64,000 nt of DNA. It comes from the human T2T-CHM13v2.0 reference genome, Homo sapiens. The notes below the pieces were generated by a model. It searched no databases, was not told the origin of the DNA, and saw nothing but the letters and a program-made list of their open reading frames with translations. Numbering within the stretch: the stretch's first letter is position 1; each line of letters starts with the position of its first letter. The stretch is from the NCBI RefSeq assembly GCF_009914755.1, contig NC_060926.1; one strand, 5' to 3'. Below, piece by piece: positions 41,269 to 57,370 of this stretch. Both the position numbers and the translations under genes were made by a program.

Positions 41269-44200
41269 GCCTAGATTGTGAGAAAAGAGATCCCATTACA
41301 TTTATGAATGGGCTGTGCTGAAAATTGACAGCAACATCAGAATCCTAATTGTGTGCCAGCAGAAACAGTGCTATTAGATTTTCTCTGTGCTTAGCAAAGG
41401 ATTTAGTTAGGGCATTCACTTTCAAGCACCCGTTCTATGCATTACACACTCTCATACTGTCTTAACCAATAACTATTTCTATAAGGACATTCTGGTGAAA
41501 TTAGTGTGTCCAATAATTTAAACTAAAATGGTGACATCTAATATTTTCTCCTCCAAGGTAACGTCAGCATTTCAGAGCACTTTCACTATCTGAAAACGGC
41601 CAAAAACTGATAGAAGAGCTTTCTGTTTACAACTTTATACACCATAGTAAAGTTCTAGGATGCAAAGCTTGCACAGCTTTGTAACATAAGCATTTTATGC
41701 CAAATTAGGTGAGGATAATAAGATATTGTGACATTTGCCCAAAGTCACGGAACAGTACAAAACTCAAGATTTGAACAATAATTTTTCTGACTACAAGAAT
41801 CATTCCATTTCTGCTAGCTAAATCAACAATGAAATACAATAGTTTTGCATTGCGACTTAGAGGTACCCCATGTATTCCACTAAAATAATTTGTATTTTGT
41901 TAGAAATTAAAATATAACCACATGAAATATGTCTGTGGGTGTCTCTCTCTCCCTCTCTCTCTCTGTACATACTGAATTTCTAGGTGTAATAAAATGCGGT
42001 CAGAAAGAGTTCCTGCGGTACCACATTATTTTTTTCTTTTTGCAACATGACACTACACTACTTCTAAGGGCTAACAAATTTTAAAACTTTCAAAAAACAT
42101 GATGAGAAAATTGATGAAAGCCTACCATATAGAAGCAAGAAGGAGGTTTGAAGTGCCTTTCAAAACAGATTACCAGTCTGTCATTTTGACACCACGTAAG
42201 ATGGCCGTAGAATTATCCATCATCGAGAGTTTCTTCATCAAGAACCCTACCCTCCATCTGTATAGAGCTTGCAAACTAAAGCACTGCCTTGTTCAGAGTC
42301 TTTTCTATTGCCTTAACCCTGTCTTCTTGTGACTTCCTTTCTAAATTCCACATGAAAGTCCCTTTCTCAAGGTATAATTTTATGTAAACTTTTGAGCTGA
42401 CTTTAAGATTTGTGGGCATATTGTGGAAATACTCAGACATACCCAGCACATTTTTCCAGATGTTCCAGGTGTTGCAGAGGTCACAGCTCCATCATGGATT
42501 ACAAGGCTTTTGGTAAAGAAAGATGGATCAAGGTTAGAGAGTAAAAAAAGAAAGGCCTACTCCTATTTGTCACTTCCTGTGAAATGCAGAGGCTCCTACC
42601 TAGGAAGACATTTTTCAGGTGCTGAGAGGACTCTTGGGATTTTATTTATTGTGAAAGTTTTATTTATTTTGAAGTATCATTCTAAAAACAAGATTAATGC
42701 TCAAAATGGATAATCAACATTATCTGGTACAAAACACATGGACTTACATGTTAAAGGTGTTGTTCTTTCCTTATCATCTCTGGGAACTTGGACAAGTCAG
42801 GTAACGATGTATATATTTTATAAGACAATATATTGTATACATTACATGTACATTTGTGTGTGTGTTTATGTGTGTTCTCTGAGAAGCAGACCCAAAATGG
42901 TACTTGTCCTATTTCACCCTGAAAACAACTCCCAGGAGACACATGGCCTCAGCATGAACCTGGCAGTGGATTCAGAGGGGCAGCTGGATCCACCATGCAA
43001 CTATTGGTCAGCCGCTCTCCATAACAGGATCTCTTGAAGGAGATCTAAGTAATGCTTTTCCATGTGCCATAGTGTATGAAATAGAAGATCTGCACATAAT
43101 TTAGAACTATGAGAGAAGGTAGCTCTGTACATTGCAAGGACTCCTGAAGATCTCATTCAATGCCGTCATTGAACAATGGCACGAGCAGTTATTAATGAAA
43201 ACCATTGGTCAGAGACTTTAAAACTTCAGGGTACCCAAGAGTACATTTCAGCGTTTGCTAAAATGCTATTACCAATCTCAGGAATTAGGATTTAATGAAT
43301 AAGTAATGAGGATGAATTTTAACAAGCAATCAGGGGCATCCTGAACTGGGTGGTCTCTATACCACAGTCTGAAAAGTACTGACCTTCCTAAGCGATGTAG
43401 AACATACAAAACTGTACTCATTATAGTATATTCTACTTAAGTGGATTATGTATGTCAGGTTTTCATACTAAAAAAAAATTACTCTGGGGAATTAAGAGTT
43501 ATTTTCATTTATTCAGAAAATCATATATAGTCTATGATATTATACAACTGAGGCATCAACAAATAGGTAATTTTTATGAAAGTTCAGAAAGGCAGTAGGG
43601 ACTTGTAGGCATTTGGAGGGCTTCATTTTCCCATGTCAATTGGTATCTCTCTGTTACAGTAGGTGCCATTATCTACTTTAATTGTAATGAATCACTGGGG
43701 GAATTGTATTTGTGAATGACAGGTACTTTCTTATGCAAATGAATTGCCCGCAGTGAGCTAGTTTAGTTGATCAAGCTTTCCAGGTCAAGTAGGGCATTTC
43801 CCAGATATGATAAATAAATATCTTGGGAGCTAAAGAGGAAATCATTACAGCATATCATTCTATCTGAATTTCAAAAAGTATTTTTATATTTAATTTGTTC
43901 CCCAAATACTTTCCAGATTGACTATATATACTATTTCTTGAAATATTCACTACATTACTGAACACTATCATTTTTGTGTCATTCAGCCTCACAGAAATGT
44001 TACCCAAATGGGATGAGTGCTCCAGTGAAAATATGAAAGCCATATGAAAGGCAGGTTCAGTATAAATGCAAATTGCTTTATCAGAAACATTGTGAAATCC
44101 TCCAAAAGGTACTAATTTAAAGTTAGTAGAACACTTTTAAAGTGGCTTTTAATGTCAATATCCCTGTAATTGTCAGTATCCTGAAAATAGTAATTATGAC

Positions 44201-44912
44201 AGAATTATAATTTAACAACAGTAGCTTTCTTAGTTTGATATATTTGAGTGACCTAATTAAAGTCATTCTTAATTGTTTTACCGTTTGATTTCTATTTTAC
44301 AAACTTGAATGAGAGACTGCTTTCTTGGTGCTTAGTTAATCTAGGATAATATTAATAATATTAAAATAATAGAATAGAACATTAGACTTCAGTTTTGTTT
44401 CTATTAATAATCAAAGTTATTAGTTTGTGGTTTGTATTTTTGTTTTCATAACTGTGTGAATCATACATTTATTTTCCAAATTATGTGCAACCTGATTGAG
44501 GACCCCTTTTAACTTTACAGCCAAAGTACCCAGATGGCATTCTGAAGTATATCTTACAAATAACAAGGTCAAATAAGGAGGATGCACAGGCCATTTGACA
44601 GATATAATTTGTTAAAACTTTATGTTTTTGTGGAAAACCTTATAGGAAATAATTTCTAATGTTCTAATGTAAGCTTATGTTAGATACTCTGTTAGACATT
44701 GTCTACCAAGCTTCCATGGTTTTAGAATCCTGATTTTACTCTAACTGTGGGTACTTACATATGAATCTACAGAGAAAAGTCCTTTCTCCTGTGTGAACTA
44801 GTAGGGACCAACGACTTTAAATTCTCTCTCTAAGGCTTGAGGTCGCCGTTCAAAGAACTAACTGCTGTCAAAGAGCCCACAGTGTGTTCATTACTTTTTT
44901 AAGATACGACAA

Positions 44913-45281
<369 letters not shown>

Positions 45282-45406
45282 TTACAATCTTCAAAAATTA
45301 TCTTGTGGATACTGAATACCTAAAAAGAAAAGCTCACAGTGATCTATTCCCCCCACCCCCGACCTCCCACCTAGGTAGTTTGGTAGTTTCTGCTGAGATC
45401 AGAAAA

Positions 45407-45505
45407 TTTTTTTTTATTCTGAGACAGGGTCTCCTTCTCTTGCCCAGGCTGGAGTGCAGTGGCACTATCATGGCTCACAACAGCCACAACCTCCAGGGCT
45501 CAAGC
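45407..45505 (-). mobile_element. AluJ/FLAM 3' fragment
   Basis: gagacagggtctcc…cccaggctggagtgcagtggcactatcatggctcac. Confidence 0.85.
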
Positions 45506-45848
45506 TAGCAAAGTGATACTGTTAGCATTCAAAACAAAGAACAAATTAGTAATGGGTGTTTTAATATTAAACTCATCTTACTGTGGTCATTATGACCATT
45601 AACTCTTCCGTACGAAAGTATTTTGAAGTGAATCATCAGGGACTCTGAGTCAGTGGTCTTGTCTTGATGTCTCACAACATGGGTGCCTCTATTTATTTAG
45701 ACATCTATCTTCACCACTCACTTTCAAGTGAAAGTGAAAGAGCAGGTCATCAAATTTCAGTATTCTGTTATTTTTTGCAGTCGGGAGCCGTGTGGAAGCT
45801 AGCCCATTACCTAAATTGAGATGATAGAATTTGCCTATTGAAATCTCA

Positions 45849-46239
<391 letters not shown>

Positions 46240-46719
46240 TCACATACTGTTTTGAGAGAATTAGGAAAATTTTATGAGAAAGTTATTTGGAAAACATACA
46301 AAATTAAATGTATTTTTCCACTCATTTTCAAAATGTACTTTAGCACAAGAGGCCTGGTGCATAGTATATATGAGAAGTATTTAAATGAAGGGATACATTT
46401 TGTATGATTTTTCTTACAAATTCATTAAAGTATTTCAAGTAATATAGAATAATTATTTAACCAGTGTTGCAATGGCTATTAATTTTCCTTATGGAAGGAA
46501 AATAGACAAAGGCGTATTATTGATTTTTTTCTTAATCTTTTTAAGTTTTTTTAAATAAATTGGAAAAATACAAGTTTATATGTAGATTTACTTATATTTG
46601 GGGGTTTAAATAAATGTTCTGCATCGCTTTGCCGCTTCTCAACTTGCCCCAAAGCAAAACGAACACTTCCATGGTGTCTCTTGGAACTCCTCTCCTTTCA
46701 TCTCCCAAACTGTCCTATA

Positions 46720-47480
46720 TCTTTGAAGTCGTTTCTGAATATATGCCTCATCTCCTTCCTTTCTGTGAAATCTGACAGTTTGTCAAAAACACAACCCTGG
46801 TAGCCTTTTATAGGTGATGACAATGTTTTATTCCATTTCCCACATGTTATAGAGCCAGTATATAAAGTAGGTGCTTTACTTGTTCCTCATTGCTACTTCA
46901 AAGTCATATCTCACCTTTTCTGCTTCAAAAACCCAGAATGTTTGAAGCTCAAAGTCATCGGGCTGTACAAATCCTTCCCCCTTTTCATTGTTATAACCCA
47001 CTGACATTTGTCATTCTCTGCCATTCATTTAAGGCTGTAGATTCTGGCTCGCTCTTTCTCTTCATCTCTACCTCTGCCTCTATTCTAGTCACCTTCCAAA
47101 TCCACGTGGCCTTAAAACCACAGGCTTTCAATCCCTTGTCTTACTTGTCTCCAATATATTTTCCTTCACCCTAACTCAGATGATCATTTAAAGGTTGAGA
47201 CCATATGCTTTTTCATCACTCTTATCAGCATCCCCCTAAGATCAATCATGATTCCAAAAGTTCCACACTCATTTTTTCTGTCTCCTGATCCATGGTTAAA
47301 ACAACCTCACATTTGTCAATTGTTTTTATCTCTTTTTACCCTCTATCATCTCCTCCTATTATAATAAACATAGATTACCAGTCCAAAATTATAATCACTT
47401 TCTTGCAAACAACCTTAACTATTTTACCTTTGTCTTTTTGAATCATGCTTATCTATCAAATCTGGGTTTTATTCAGTCAT
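46720..47480 (+). mobile_element. L2 internal fragment
   Basis: tttgaagctcaaagtcatcgggct…tattctagtcaccttccaaatccacgtgg resembles the L2 coding region. Confidence 0.5.
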
Positions 47481-50400
47481 TTGCTTATTTTTATCTAAAA
47501 CATAATCTCCCCAAAGGTACACTTATATTACTGAAAAACACTATTTCAGTTTCCTACTCTGCATGATTATTTTATATCTTCTATTGTCTACATAAGTTTA
47601 AGTTGGCTTTATCAAAAGCCTTTCTGATCTCCATAGCCAAGGAAGTTCCATAGCTATTGATTTCAACTCATTGGTACTGGGTGATCACAGGGAATCTCAG
47701 TGATCAGAGATTAGGTAATAATATCTTCCCGGTCAGGAAAGTTTGAAGCCAGTTGGCTATCTTTCTTTCTATATGACAGTTATTCATACACGAAGGTGTG
47801 AAATTTTCAACTACCTTTCCTGGAATATAATTCATGGGTATGTATCAGTAACAATGTATGTCTCCTTTTATGAACATCATGGGCAAAGGATGAAAACAAA
47901 ACAATCACCTCTTAAACGTGTCAATCAGTTACCATAGCCAAGTGCACTGTGACATTATGATTGTTTCAGAGCGGGGAGCATTTGCTGTGCATCATTTTAT
48001 CCTGAATGTTTTTCCTAACCCTGACTCATGGTAGTCGTCCTCAATATGTATTTATTTGAAATGTATGTTTTATTTTCCTGTTAGATCTCGTAAATATCAG
48101 ACTTCCGAGGACATAAATCTGTTAAAGCCTTGTCTCATGTTTATTGTTTTTGTGTATCTCTTAAGGAAATGATATTTTGTTTTTATATTTTCTGATCCGA
48201 AAAGAGCAAAAGCCCCTGCACTCGAGAGAGCTGTTACAATCAAATGAGAAAATGGAAAGGCAAATAAAGAAGATGTGATTCCCTACAGCTGTGAACAGTG
48301 ATGTGGAAAATATAGTGGCTTTTAGGTAATATAGGGATTCACATCCTGTCTCTACCACTTACTGCTTGTGTAGCATTGTAAAAACAACACTAAATCTCTC
48401 TCAGATAATTAAGACACGGAATCTGAAACACAGTGGGCACTTGATACATGTTATCCCTTTTTATACTCCTACCTCTTCGTAAGGAAATATTTCTGAGACA
48501 GAATAAAGTTCAGAATCAAAGTAACAAGATGCTTAAGCCATTTTGACAGAAAATAGCAAATATGTGGAAAACATAACAAAATATCAAACACTTATATAGG
48601 TTAAGGGGGATGTGCCCAAGAGCTGGAAGAAGAGAGATTTTCTCTATAAATGATTCAGCTAAGAAATTATAGAATGATAATATGAAGCTATTCATCTGTA
48701 TTCAAATTTTTATCTAAATGCCTAAGATTGACATGCAATATATGTTTGCTCTTAACCATTTGTAGGACCTTGATAACATTTAAAAATAGGTTTACATTCA
48801 TTCATTTCACTCTCCACCACATTCTCTTTTTGAATCTCTCTCTCTGTGCCCCCTTCTGGAAGCCTCTTTTAATTACTTTTACAGAGTGGAAATTGTATTT
48901 GTTAAAATATGCCAGCCCTCGATATTCAAATAAACATATTCCAATTATGGAAAAATGTGAGATGGAATATATTTAATAAAATGAGGTCTCTAATTATTTT
49001 TTCACTGAAATTTGATCATGTCTTTTTTTTTTTTTTTTGGTCTTAGTTTTTAAATGTTTTATTTTTATTTTATTTTTATCCTGACTGTCTGCATCCTACT
49101 TGCTCAGGTAAAAAAGTAAGACACTAAAACTTGTTTAAAGATAAACTATTAACAAGTGTTAACTTAAGGAAACTTCTAGAATATTTTCCATTTGGAAGTC
49201 TATTTTTCACGGAAATAGAGCCATGTTGTTTATGTTAATTTGTACCCAGAATTTTCTGCTTACTGAAACGTGATAGAAAGTTCTATTTCAATACACATAT
49301 ATCTAACTACATCATTCATTTTCAAAGACCTTGTGGTATTCCAGGATATAAATGTACCATAATTTATTTAGCTAATATTCTTGAAACTTTTTGAGATGAT
49401 TCAAAATCAAATGAATTTTTAGTCATAACAATTCTCTGAACATTTATCACACACAGCCTAGTGTTTTCAATTGTTTTACTCAAAAGAGAAAGTCTTGAAA
49501 AAATACATCAGATGGTAAAATGTCAATTTGAAGCAGTGTTTCCCACATTAAAAATATTGACATTTTTCTCTTTGCCAAATTTAACTGGCAATTTAAATAA
49601 CATTTCTGTATTCATTTGTCTTTTATTGATAGAAGAATCAATAGTATTAGTCAGTTGGGTTAGAGTGGGAAGAGCTGGAGGTCTGGAGGCAGGTCCTGGG
49701 CTTAGACGTGGCCTTTGATGCTTGATGTTCAAATGCTAAAGGCATTTTCCCTGTTTTCATTGGGAGAGGGTGAGTGATTACTGGAGTTTCTATATTCTGG
49801 CACCAACTGGCCTTCTTATTTCCTGTGACACGGAGAGCAAAATCATGAAAATGTTATATACCAGAAGCAGAGAATTCTCTCCTACCTCCAAAAAGCAGAA
49901 GTTAGCAAACACTGAGCTTTGTGCGTAAGTATGTGTGTATATATGTATGTAGGTGTCCCTGAAGATAATTTACATTTTTGTTTTATATGTTTTGAAACTA
50001 TTGAATTTGAAACAATTTTAGTTTATAAGAAAGTTGCAAAATTATTTAATGAAATACTATAAACCCTTCACCCAGATTCTCTTTCACTATGTTTTATGTA
50101 CATACACATTTACATACATTAATATATAGCTATTTTTTCTGAACCAACTGAGAATAAGTTGCCCACATTATGCCCTTTTAGCTCCAAGTACTTTTATTGT
50201 TTATTTATCAATGGCATTCACTTAAAAATCATAATACATTGATAAAAAAGAAAATTAATGTACGTAAAATGTTATCACCAAGACTAGAGGTCATATTCAT
50301 ATTTTGCCAATTGTTCTAATGTCCTCAAGGATAAAAAAAAATCCTGGTCCTTAGTCTAATCTAGATTCACACAGTACTTTTATATGGCATGTCTGTTTTG

Positions 50401-50539
50401 TCTTTGTACATCTAGAATATTTCCATAATCTTTCTTTGTGGACTTGATATTTTTAAGGAGTACGGGACAATTATTTTATAGATGCTGCTCCATTTAGGTT
50501 TGCCTGATATTATCTTGTGATTAGGTAGAGGTTATGGGT

Positions 50540-50875
<336 letters not shown>

Positions 50876-52693
50876 AAAGGTTATGTATTTTTGACAATAA
50901 TACTATCGAAGTGATACTGTGTTTTTCAATGTGCAACAAACCAGGAGCCACATAATGTCTAGGGGTTCCATTAATGATAGTAGTTACTTAGATCATTTGA
51001 TTAGGGATAGTGTGATTTTGTCATTTAAAAGTATTTATAATTTTCTGTATATAAATATATCTTATATACGTTTTTTCCTAATGTTTGGCATCCACTGAGT
51101 TTTCTTGACTGAAAAAATTTATGATTTTTTTCTATATGGTGGTTTTTCTCTTCATTTTTTTCTATGCTAATTAATTACTGTAACAAAGCATTTTCCATTC
51201 TTTCCCATTTATTCATTCATGTGTTTATTTATTTATTTATGTTACTATAGACTCGTGGATTCTTATTTTATCCTATGTCTTATAACATATTACTATTAAG
51301 ATTCGTTTTGATGATCCAATTTTCTAGATTTGGCCAGTGGGATCCAGTTCAAGCTGGCTCCTGTGTCTTTCAAAAAAAGTCATCATTCTAGGAACATTGT
51401 CTTATTTTTTGTTACTGTAAGTTTTTCCAGGCTCATTTTGAACATATCCTGCTCCAATTCAAGAATGAAGTATTTATCCAGTGTATTTCCTTTTAGTAAA
51501 GAATTATATTAAGGCATCAGGAGCTGGTCTTAGGTATGCTCATTGCTACTGTAATGACGTGTACATACATTTTCAAAATATATTTAAAGACACTTTCCAG
51601 TATCTGTCTCTAGCTCTTTATTATAATCCATTAATTCATAGGATATTCCCATTCTCATTTAATATTACAGGGTTTAATTTTGCCATCATCCTTTCTGTGT
51701 TTTTATATTCCTACTTTAACATTGAGAAACCTGGATTCCATTACCCATAATGTATTTACTATTTCCTCAGCCTTATAAGAGACGTAAGTAGTTTGAAATT
51801 GCTAAATTGTGCCATTGTGAAAAGCAAACCGACTCATTACATTTCAATTAAAAATTTACTTTAATCAGAGAGTATATGTCAAAGTACAGATTTCAAGTAC
51901 TATTTGGTGTCTTTTTTTTTTCTTTTCAGCACATCTTGACTATTAATTTGAAACACGGTTTTTCTCCCATGCTTGTAGATTCCAGGGATTTGTTTTTATA
52001 TGTGAAATATCAATATATAATTATAAAATTTAAAACGATACAAAAATGTATAATAAAGGAATTGTCACCGCTTCTCACCTTTTCAATCCATTTTTAAACT
52101 CTTATTCTTCTTTCCAATTCTCACCCTCTCCTTACAGATAACCAGACTCCTTAGTTTATCTTTCCAGTGTTTCTTTTTCTCACATATCTGCAAATACATT
52201 ATATTGTATCTCCTTCTCTGTTACAGAAACCTTAGCATCCCTTTGATTCCTTTTGCACTTTGCATTTTTCACTTAATGTTGTAGTCTGGATATCACTCCA
52301 AATTACCTCTTAAAGATTTTCTCATTTTTTTTTTTTTTTACAACTGCGTAGGACTACATTTTATGGAAATAGGCAAGTGTACTCAACCTCTCTAATGGAT
52401 AAGCACTTCAATTGCTTTCAAGTTTTAGCGATTACAAACAATGCCTTCATGGATAACCTTGTTTATATTTTTGAAGTTGGATCATTAAGGAAAATGTCGA
52501 GACATTCATTTCCGAGTCAAAGGTAAATGCATACATAGTTTTATTTATATTGTCAAATTCTCCCTTATAAATGTTGGACCAATTTACATTCACAATAGCA
52601 GTGTTTGAGAGTGCCAGTTTCCCTTGAACTTTGCCATTGAAATGTGTTGTCATACTTTTAAATTTTTGTTAACGTGAAAGGTAAGAAATATTT

Positions 52694-53298
<605 letters not shown>

Positions 53299-53889
53299 TC
53301 AGTATATTTTAATTTGTATTTTTATAATTGCGATGAGGTTGATCTTTTTTTTTTTTGTATTTTTAAAGTTCATTTTTTGTCTATTTTTGGGGGTGATTTT
53401 GTCTTTTGCTCATTTTTCTATCGCGTACTTGGTCGTTATTCTAAATCCCATCACTCTCAATTTTTTTTTCTTTCGTGTTTCTGCTCATTCCCATGGAGTT
53501 AATCTGGGTATGTTCTCCACTTATGCTTCGCCCAGGCTAAGCTGTCAGTCAGTGCAGCTCATTCTGCTACCCTTCTGCTAGCCCTGTTTCCTTGTCACCT
53601 AAAATACACTTTTTAAGTTTTTAATAATGTTGAGTCAGCATTAACAGAATAAATTGGCCACATTGGGCCAATTAGTGAGAAGTCTCATTTCTATTTTTGT
53701 GGCATTTTAATCCTTTCTTATTCTGTGTTTCTGTTTCCTTGGTGTCAATATTCTTATATGGATATGTGATAGTCTTCCTTAGTGTCTTTCTACTGTCCAT
53801 GCCATAACAAAGTTCCTTTCTTTGCTAAATGTGAGATGTGTACAAGTAATATCTTACATGGATACTTTGCAACAATTGCATGCTATATG

Positions 53890-54025
53890 TATTTTCACCA
53901 CCCCTTAGTTCACAGATGAAAAACCACGTTACAGAGAGATAAATAACTGAATTCATACAGCAAGTAATTGATACAACCAAATTTTCAAACCAGGCAACCT
54001 GCTTTCAGAGTTTGAACTCAAAACC
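53890..54025 (-). mobile_element. MIR
   Basis: ttcacagatgaaaaaccacgttacagagagataaataact. Confidence 0.65.
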
Positions 54026-56026
54026 AGCAATATATATGCTGCATCAGATAAGTGTATTTCATTGATTTTGAAAACTCAAAGACATATAATACTGCATCCT
54101 AAGCTTTAAAAAGACAAAAGTTTGTTGGCTAATGTATTAGGTAAAGAAGTTATCTGATTTTAATAAAAAAGGGCAAAAGTAGGCTGCAGTTCATATATTA
54201 AGTAATTACAATTCTGTGGTGTCATTGGTCTTGAAAATTAATTTATATTTAATTTGTTATATCAGATATTAATTATACTTGGTAGAAGGACAAGAATTAA
54301 TACAGAATTCATTAATAAAAGAGTGTGCTGGTTTATTTTAAACTATCCTTAGATTGTATCTACGCAATCAAGGGATATTTTTGGTCTATTTGATGCGAGA
54401 ATTATATGATCCAAACTGAAATGATCACTGGGGAAGTACATTTTCACCTGATAACCTTTATTTAACTGACACAATTATATCAGGCATGAACTAGTACAAG
54501 TATGCATTCACAGCCACAGCCATGTGCATACTGCATAACATCTGCCAGACTGGAGGCACCATGAGTCACTGGAGTAAACCAGGAGCTTAGTTGACATTGT
54601 CACATGGTCATTATCCTTTATTATTGTTAAGAATTAATTTTATTACAAATGTGAACTAAAACTAATTTGAAATAAAACACTAATAAAATGCTAATTAAAT
54701 AAAACACATGCCAGTACTAGTTATTAAAATTAGATAAATTAAAAATAATCAGAAAACAAATTTTTATATCATCAAGTATTGTTTAAATCAAGTTTACTGT
54801 GATTGAAATTACCTTACGGTTATCTGTGTGACACAGAGATGAAGGCTGATCGTCAAAGAAAATTCTAGGAAACATACTTTTTCTGACGTTGAAAAGTTGC
54901 TTTCTGAGGAGTCTTTATTCCTGCAGAGAAATCAACACAACCGGGAAACTCTTGTCTCTCATGCCTGCTGTTTGCTTATTTTACACAAGTGACATTCATC
55001 ATGGCTTAGTTGATGGAAACTGAGCAATGCTTGAAGTTTTAAGACTACATCTGCAGAGCCCAAATAAGCAGAAAGCCTTAAAATAATCTCATGAACTCAA
55101 TATAGTCAGGATAGAATAAGCCAGGAAAATCCCAAATCCCCATTTAACTTAATCACCCTAACAGTTTTAATGGCACACTTGTAAGAAAGTAATTCTTTAC
55201 TGGTGCCCAACACCTTCTGTATACTTCATTAAGGGTAAAATATATGGTTGAGTCTTTCACATAGTCCACACTTCAGATCGCCCAGAATCTCATTCTGTGC
55301 TCACATGTTTTGTGTGAAGTTTGGAATCAGTAGGGTTTTCCTTTGAAAGAACTCACTCCTCCACCTGCCATCTCGCTCTGTCATCTTCAGGTGAATGCCA
55401 AATATTGGTTCTGAGTTAATGCTGTGTGGTGTTGTTATTCTAACATCCCAACAGGAAAGTGCCAATTAAATGGAAAAAGTGTTGAAAATAAAGTTATTTT
55501 GTTAAAAGAACATACGTAGGAATGCTTCTCTCTTAAATATAGTTATGGATCAAAATACAGAAATTAAGTGTTTGCATAATGGAAGACTAGACAATTTGAA
55601 TGAACAAATAATGTAACTATAAATATAATAATAATAACACAGAATTGTTATTCAGTATACTTGTATTTTACATACTGCCTTGTAGGGTTATTTCCAGTGA
55701 TTAACGTATTTCACCTGGCATTTGTTAGCACACAACTGACTGCCACCACCACAGGACGGAGAGGGGAGTCGGTGGGCATTAACCACAGTGTAAATCAGGT
55801 TGTGGAAATGCAGAGGCAGTCACTTGCCTTGGCACTCACACATCTAATGTCTGAAGAAGCCAGGACGAGTTCCTATGTTGTACATTCTCAGTCTAGTTTT
55901 TCTTACTGGACTCGATAAGGAAGCAGAATAATTAGATCTATGGAGATATTAAGTATGAGTCAACACAATGCAAAAACTATCAAAGTAGCCAATCACTCTT
56001 TGTCTTTGATTGTTGCCAACATCTTT

Positions 56027-56316
56027 TTTCTCCAACTCTTATTTTGGATTCAGGGAGTACCTGTGCAGGTTTGTTACCTGGGTATATTGCATGATGCTGA
56101 GGTTTGGGGTAAGAATGGTCCTGTCACCCAGGTACTGAACATAGTACCTAGTAGTTAGTTTTTCAAACCTTACCTCCCTCCCTCCCCCATATAGTAGTCA
56201 CCAGTTTCTATTGTTGCCATTTTTAAAATCCCTGAGAATCCAATGTTTAGCTCCCTCTTATAAATGAGAACATGTAGTATTTGGTTTTCTGATCCTGCGT
56301 TAATTCACTTAGGGTA
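56027..56316 (-). mobile_element. Short L1 3' end (L1PA15/16-like)
   Basis: gtgcaggtttgttacctgggtatattgcatgatgctgaggtttgggg; perfect 18-bp TSD attgttgccaacatcttt at 56009-56026 and 56317-56334. Confidence 0.9.
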
Positions 56317-56641
56317 ATTGTTGCCAACATCTTTAATCAGAGATGCAATGTGTAGAAATATGTTAGCAATAGAAGCATATTGAAAATGGACATTGATACT
56401 GTGTCATTTTGTTCTCTCTTAATGACAAGGACCTATCTAAGAGAGTTAAGTTCTCCTTTGTTCCAAAACAACTTGTAGAGTTGTTGTTCCTTTTTTTTTT
56501 TTTCTGATTTTAGAAAAAATATGTGCCATTATGGAAAACATGAAAGTGGAGAAAAATATTAAAAGAACAAAAATCACCCATAGTCTCAAAACCCCAAGTC
56601 CATTCCCTGAAGCATTTTTATTATACTTTCCTCCAATATCT

Positions 56642-56664
56642 TGTGTGTGTGTGTGTGTGTGTGT
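56642..56664. repeat. (TG)11 microsatellite
   Basis: Read directly from the sequence. Confidence 0.95.
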
Positions 56665-57230
56665 TTTATGAAGTAAAATTATGCAGTCCTGAAGGGAATA
56701 TAAAGCAAACCATTTCACTTTTCCAAACTAAATTATTACGGACCATTTTTCTATTGAACAATTACATCACTCAATTTAAATACAAAGTATTTTACCCAGC
56801 TATTGTCTGAACAAATCAAAGCTGTCTAATTACAGTATTGTATATTGTACTTTTTTAAAAGCTTGATATATTCAAAGATCAAAAGCATGTAACACCACAC
56901 CTGGGTTGCCATAGAGATGTCTACATTTTATCAAGATTAAAAAAAACTTAACAATAAATGCATTTTTATAGGTATGCTAAAGACTTACCATAACTTAAAC
57001 ACCCACAAACATTTTTTTTTTTTGCATCAATATTCTGGGAAAAATACAGGTGCAAGATATTATGTGCCTTTTAAATAGCTTCATTTTCTAAACTTACGTC
57101 TTTTTTTCTTCTGATGCATCCTTTCCACTCACCTATTTTTTAGTTTAGAATTGTCAGTGAAAAAGTTATGTTTTTCAAACTCTGGAAATATGGCCTGCCA
57201 AACTGATAGTGTGAAGTATGGAGAAAAATA

Positions 57231-57370
57231 ATGTGTATACACACATTGCACAACATGTACATGTACATACATGTATATATGCACATATGTAAACACAGAT
57301 ATGCTATATGTGTATGTTATATGCATACAAATGTGTTTTTTATATCTGTTTCTACTCTATGTATATACTT
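57231..57370. repeat. Degenerate alternating purine-pyrimidine tract (TATG/CATA-type)
   Basis: atgtacatgtacatacatgtatatatgcacatatg…. Confidence 0.7.
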
